Assembly: GCA_051453625.1 (NCBI GenBank)
Contig: JBOZIK010000001.1
Span: 17,068,336-17,127,050, forward strand
DNA length: 58,715 bases
Source: Welwitschia mirabilis
Lineage: Eukaryota
Direction of reading: 5' to 3'
Shown here one piece after another: positions 52,952-58,715 of this stretch. Position numbers and translations under genes: made by a program. The notes under the pieces are model-generated. The model searched no databases. It saw only the letters and a program-made list of their open reading frames with translations, and had not been told where the DNA came from. The number at the start of each line of letters is the position of its first letter. The first letter of the stretch is position 1.

Positions 52952-53765
52952 TTATTCTGGTGGTGTATCGATGTTTTCTGATCGCTTCTTTCCTTTACTA
53001 TAGTGCACGTTCTGATTCATTTTCTTTTTGTGCTTTGATTTCTTTATGCATCTCTATTCAGATCTGATCAAGCATTCTTCTCTATGTTGTGATGCTAATT
53101 TCCTCTGAATGCTGCATCTCTAACTCACTATCCATACTTATGTCTTTTTTATTCTAGAATCTCCTTGCATTGCTTTCTTCCATGCCTATGTTCTTATTTT
53201 GCGAATCTCGTTTTAGGTCATTAATGGCTTCCCAAATGGTTGTTAAATTAGGTTGATCAGATCTATTTTTTAGCTTGCTTATTTCTAAGTGATTCATCTC
53301 CCTTTATGGAGTACCCAAACAAGCTATCATCATTGTTAGCCTATTTCTTTGAGGCTTGTAATTGTTATTGAATTTCTGGGTTTTTTTCATAACCTCATTC
53401 ATTGATAAACTCTTCATTATTGCTTTTTTCATGAAGGAGTTCATATTGATGAGCTTGATTCCCTTCCTGACTAGTTAATCCTAACCTTTTAAATACTATA
53501 ACATGAAGTTATTCACTAGAATGAACAAGTTATGGGTCCCAGTATGCTCTGTAGTCCATGATAGCATGAAGCTCATCTGCAGTGACATAAAGGGGTTTTG
53601 TTGAATGAGGAGTTTATACATCTCCTAAAAAATATAGGCCTTTTTTCCTCTCATTGATACTAGCATTGTGACTATTCTAAGTTTCTAATAAGATGATGGA
53701 AAAAATGAATGTGAAAGACTTGATAAATCATTGAAAAACCCACTAAAGGGCCCTCCTTCTAGCAT
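52952..53765 (-). pseudogene. Decayed extra ORF of unknown function in the retroelement 3' region
   Basis: ATG at 53765 (MLEGGPFSGFFNDLSSL), segments PLYVTADELHAIMDYRAYWDP* and DQPNLTTIWEAINDLKRDSQ, and a TAA at 52952-52954. Higher GC than its flanks; contains stops and frameshifts. Confidence 0.5.
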
Positions 53766-53776
53766 CAAATTATTTA

Positions 53777-54158
53777 CAAGATTTTTTCTTGTTTCCTATA
53801 AATAGTGGATTAGTTCTAATATTACGTGATAATAGGTGACTTTTAGTGGTTTGATGGTAATTTAAATGATTTTAAGCTAAACTTAATGACTTGACCTAGT
53901 TTGACTAGAATTAACCAACTTTGACTATGTTTGACTTTGATTTACTAGCTTAGACTTACTTTGCCTGACTTCATTTAACTCATTTTGGCTGATGTTGACT
54001 ATTATTTTGACTGAGCTTTGATAGTTCGGCTTAGTTTAACTAGGTTTGAATGTTGTATTTTTATAGAATTTAACTTTGCTTTGATAGTTTGAATGGGTTT
54101 AACTGATTTTTACTCACTTTGACTAGTTTGACTAACTTTGATAGAGTTTGAACAAGTT
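53777..54158. repeat. Direct-repeat copy 2: CTATAAATAG plus a longer TTGAC(T/C) array
   Basis: Homologous to 52699-52951; 8 TTGACY hexamers between ~53891 and ~54133, plus degenerate units. Confidence 0.9.
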
Positions 54159-54693
54159 GTAACATTGTGATATTTTCTTGCGACTTATTTAGGCCTAAAA
54201 AGTTTTACCTATAACAAAAATTTAAATGTATAAAAATGAGTCCTAAATTAAAAAAAAGACTTAATAATAATAAAAATCCAACAAAATATTTTTTTTCTTT
54301 TTTAGAATATAAAAATTTTTGTTTTTTTTAATTTTAAGGAAAATTCAAATTTAATGCCTAAACTAGACAAAGACTAATGTTAAACATGGTTTCAGAAAAA
54401 AAAGTTTTTTTTCTAAAATTAAAAGAGAAAATGTCTTGTAAATAAAAGATGTAATCCTAATTAATAGCTTTAAATAAAAACTCCTATTTAAAAAAACTTT
54501 TCCTAACAATGTTTTAAAAAAAAAGATTTTTTTTACAAATGTATAACTTAATCAAAAAAAATCAAATCCTCCTTTTTTTAATTAAAAAAAGTCTTTACAA
54601 AATAAAAGTAAAAAAAAAAAGAAAGGATAAAAGAACCTGGACTTTTTTTTTTAGTTCCTTCATTGATGAACTCCCATTTCTCCCATTCTTCCA

Positions 54694-54726
54694 TTCTTCT
54701 TCTTCTTCTTCTTCTTCTTCTTCTTC
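54694..54726. repeat. (TTC)11 microsatellite
   Basis: Direct reading. Confidence 0.95.
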
Positions 54727-56249
54727 TTTTTAAAGTTTTCACATTTATTTTTTTTATACCTTTCCATATTCCCCTCATTTTCTATGCACCTCATTTTTTG
54801 ACGCCTTCCTTCATTCACTCCACTGACAGTTGCCTTCTATAGCACCTAAAAGCATACATTGCTGATACAAAAAGTATTATCATCATCTATCAAAAAGTTC
54901 TAAAAGAAAAAAAATTCCTATGGATAAAAACTATGAGTAATATCAAAAAGAAACTACTAAAAAGAAAATTCAAAATATCATGTTAAAAAAAATATAAAAA
55001 TAACTTTGAAAAGCACAATAAAATAGGTAATGAAAAACAAAAGTGAAAATAAATAAGTAGAAACATAAAGAAGATTTTTATCTATCATAAATTCTAACCT
55101 GACAAATTATATTAGTAAAAAGCTTAAAATCACCTAATATGAAAACTCATAAGTTATTATTCAAATAGGTAATGATTATGACGATGTCAAGTATATCTAA
55201 TGTTATCAAACAATGAATGATAAGATCAAAAGCTACTCAAACATGAACTCACTAGATTAACATTAAAAAAAAAACACTAGAATCTAAAAAGGTAGAATGA
55301 TTATGTAAAATTACTATATGCAAAAAAATTATAAAAAACAAGCAATATCTCTAATGACATCAAGAGAATCACTATTTCCATACCTTATAAATTAAAATTT
55401 GTCATTATCGTGATTATTATCATAAGGGAAGTAAAACCACTATTAGAGGAGTAAGGTCCCATAAATCATGGCTAACTAACCCCCTAGTGAGGTTCTCATG
55501 GCTATCATATCACACTACCAAAAGTGCCTCTCAGGAAAATATGCCTTGGTGCACTTGTGATAAGACATCATGGTTTATTTAGATAAAAGACCTTCTTCTT
55601 CTACTTATTTTTCTTCTACTTCTTTTTTATTTCATTTTTTAAAGTAAAAATAATTTTACATGACCAAGTACTTGTAAGAATAAGAATAAAGTAATGAGTT
55701 GAGAAATAAGTAAGATCATGTACAAATAACTAAAGACTCACAACATTAAAAGGGAATAAAAGAACTAAGGTATCTTCCTTTTAAATGAAGGTCATAGATA
55801 TACAAATGTCTTAAAATTGGATAAATCAAATTTTATCACTTTGAAATATCCAAGTAAAAGGTTACTAAACATGGTAACTTCATAAAGAAATACATAAGTC
55901 AAGTTAAATATGTTAAAGTGATAGCATGATATCTATCCAAGCAATTGGCTAAGAAAGAATTTAGATAATGGTAGAAGGAAAATCCTCCTCATTGAAAGGA
56001 ACTTCCAAGATGAGTGCTTCTATGATGTTTAAGATTTTATCATAGATGATTCATAAATTTTTAACTTTTGTTCATTAACTTTTTAAATTTCCCTAGTGTT
56101 TAGATCAGAGATTTTATATAAGCCATTAAAATGTACTTTTTCTATAAGATAGGGACCTAACCATTTAGATGTTAACTTGTTGTGTTAAATGTGTACTTAG
56201 GTATTATATAAAAGAACTAGTTAACTAGTTTTAAATTGCTTATGAATAA

Positions 56250-56855
56250 TCTTTTTGCTATGTTTTAACTTGGATTGGGCTTTATAAATGAGTTGATGAT
56301 ATATATCATAACTATACTTTTCATCTGAAGGGTCAAGTTAGGATAATTAAGTTTTAGGATTTTCCATCAAGTTTACAAGATTAAGTTGATGGATGGATTA
56401 ATATAAGTTATAGAAAACATCAACCAGTAAGTCATAAACCTTTCTATACATAAGTTCATAAGATAAAAAACCTAGAAATTTTTGCTAAGTAGTATAATAA
56501 GCCTAAATAATATTGTTAAGTTTAGAAGCTCAAGCTTTCTTATTAATAGAGACTAATTTTTGGAGCATCTTTTTAATTTTACTATTTATGTTTTTAACTT
56601 AGCCATTAATTTGTAGATGATAAGTACATGCAAGTCTATTGTCAATTTCAATGGATAAAAACATTTTCAAAAAAAGGTAATTGATAAAATGAGTTTATTG
56701 ATTACTAATGATGATTCTATATGAATTTAGACAAAATTGCAAATAGTTTGAGCGTCATTCTGGGTAGCAGGGAAATCTTCTACCCATTTGATAACATAAT
56801 GAACAATCATTAAGATGTAGTTTTTATCATGAGAAGATGGTTTAATAGGGCTTAT
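56250..56855 (-). pseudogene. Integrase core / C-terminal remnant
   Basis: SPIKPSSHDKNYILMIVHYVIKWVEDFPATQNDAQTICNFV, matching the gypsy integrase core motif YILVAVDYVSKWVEA. Confidence 0.8.
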
Positions 56856-58715
56856 TTTTGCGGTGTGTATTTGTGCAATGTTTCACGCTTTAAATTCAAT
56901 CCTGTTAATTATAAATAAGATGCAAACTACAACATGCTAGTATAGACAGAGTAATCCAAATGTCGTAATTCCATCGAAGGCCAATGGTATGGACAATAAA
57001 GAGTTGATTTAAAAGAGAAATATGTAACTTTAATCTATTAATTTAAATTGCANNNNNNNNNNNNNNNNNNNNNNNNNNNNNNNNNNNNNNNNNNNNNNNN
57101 NNNNNNNNNNNNNNNNNNNNNNNNNNNNNNNNNNNNNNNNNNNNNNNNNNNNNNNNNNNNNNNNNNNNNNNNNNNNNNNNNNNNNNNNNNNNNNNNNNNN
57201 NNNNNNNNNNNNNNNNNNNNNNNNNNNNNNNNNNNNNNNNNNNNNNNNNNNNNNNNNNNNNNNNNNNNNNNNNNNNNNNNNNNNNNNNNNNNNNNNNNNN
57301 NNNNNNNNNNNNNNNNNNNNNNNNNNNNNNNNNNNNNNNNNNNNNNNNNNNNNNNNNNNNNNNNNNNNNNNNNNNNNNNNNNNNNNNNNNNNNNNNNNNN
57401 NNNNNNNNNNNNNNNNNNNNNNNNNNNNNNNNNNNNNNNNNNNNNNNNNNNNNNNNNNNNNNNNNNNNNNNNNNNNNNNNNNNNNNNNNNNNNNNNNNNN
57501 NNNNNNNNNNNNNNNNNNNNNNNNNNNNNNNNNNNNNNNNNNNNNNNNNNNNNNNNNNNNNNNNNNNNNNNNNNNNNNNNNNNNNNNNNNNNNNNNNNNN
57601 NNNNNNNNNNNNNNNNNNNNNNNNNNNNNNNNNNNNNNNNNNNNNNNNNNNNNNNNNNNNNNNNNNNNNNNNNNNNNNNNNNNNNNNNNNNNNNNNNNNN
57701 NNNNNNNNNNNNNNNNNNNNNNNNNNNNNNNNNNNNNNNNNNNNNNNNNNNNNNNNNNNNNNNNNNNNNNNNNNNNNNNNNNNNNNNNNNNNNNNNNNNN
57801 NNNNNNNNNNNNNNNNNNNNNNNNNNNNNNNNNNNNNNNNNNNNNNNNNNNNNNNNNNNNNNNNNNNNNNCTTGTGCTCCTGGATTCTCAATTATCATAG
57901 GAACTAGGCATTTATCTGTTAGTTTATCTGCAAAACAACTCAAAATATCTTATCAAATACATCTAAGTTGGTACCACAACATAGCCTCCCACTTAGCCTT
58001 ATTAGTCACTGATAAAACCAAGTGGTAAACTATATTTGCAAGTCAACTTTTCAAACAATAAAAACTAGAATATCTAAAGGAAAGTATCTGACAAAAATGG
58101 AACAGAAATGAACTGAATTTCTAAGAGTTTAAAAGCTAAATTTAGATACTTGCAGATTGTCAAATGTTTGTATGTCGTCTATGTTGTTGTCCGGATGATA
58201 ATTGGGATGATAGGCTTCTTAAAATTTTTTTAAAGCTTGGAACCTATGATAGAAAATAGATTTTGTATTAGTTATAAAATTTTAGAAAATAACTCCTTCT
58301 ATGATAGATAATTAAATATAATCATGTAAAAATTAAGAAGGATTTGCAATAATGATTTATCATGATCGAAAAAATTAGATCAGAAATATGTAATATTGAA
58401 AATATATATGTATCCTACCCCCATTTAAAATATGCAATGCGTCCCAAATTACCTAAATTAACGAAAACAATAAATGCCAAAAGTAATGGAATGAAAAACA
58501 ACTAAACTACTAAACTAGAAAAGAAGAAAATGGAAAAATAACTAGAAAATAGTATGACATAAAAACAGAAGAAAAAGCAGATGAGAAATAGACATAAGGA
58601 ACAAGAAGAAGAATGTTTTACCTAGTCTAAGTACTAACATAGCAAACTCCAAAGGAAAACATCATAATAGTACCTGATTAAAGATGTATGATAAAATGTA
58701 TTAACTCGATAAAGT
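56856..58715 (-). mobile_element. Nested, younger Athila-like element: 3' LTR 56856-57981 (gapped), PPT, and 3' region running off the right edge
   Basis: LTR ends are very similar to 21607-21889. Minus strand reads GCTAAGTGGGAGGCTA|TGTTGTGG. It interrupts the integrase of the preceding element. Confidence 0.87.

Larger units (their letters stand above)
50082..56855 (-). mobile_element. Nested Athila-like element, 3' half: 3' LTR 50082-51328, ~4.9-kb 3' region, integrase remnant
   Basis: TGTTGTAG...TACAACA termini; PPT-like sequence after 51328 similar to 57982-57997; integrase motifs at 56700-56855; left flank CATCA. Confidence 0.85.

Noticed and set aside
54539-54778. Poly-Ser / poly-Arg short ORFs
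   Set aside because: These are by-products of the (TTC)11 microsatellite and A/T tracts.
57038-58028. Long ORFs of 282-326 aa
   Set aside because: They consist almost entirely of N-gap (X) codons.

Overview
This is a very AT-rich plant nuclear window with six N-gaps (18681-18780, 21715-21814, 23966-24065, 29840-30194, 44346-45021, 57053-57870). It is almost entirely decayed, nested LTR retrotransposons. I find no intact host gene, RNA gene or intact retroelement ORF. From left to right: (1) a Sirevirus (Ty1/copia SIRE) on the minus strand with gag, protease and an env-like ORF but no visible INT/RT/RH (1-7032); (2) an apparently pol-less Athila-like derivative with an internal A-rich minisatellite (7033-12164); (3) two nested Tekay/Del chromoviruses (12165-29839), one carrying a younger LTR with a perfect ATCAT target-site duplication; (4) a minus-strand Athila-like element, a pol fragment and a second Sirevirus remnant (30195-38584); (5) a five-deep stack of non-chromovirus Ty3/gypsy elements (39513-58715). 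The most unusual signals are a duplicated, 10-bp-phased TTGAC(T/C) W-box array bracketing a decayed orphan ORF in a retroelement 3' region, a tRNA-Met primer site on an Athila-like pol, RTs lacking the usual Athila insert, and a 26-bp perfect palindrome resembling an LTR-LTR junction. All alignments and translations were done by eye, so boundaries are approximate unless termini are quoted.
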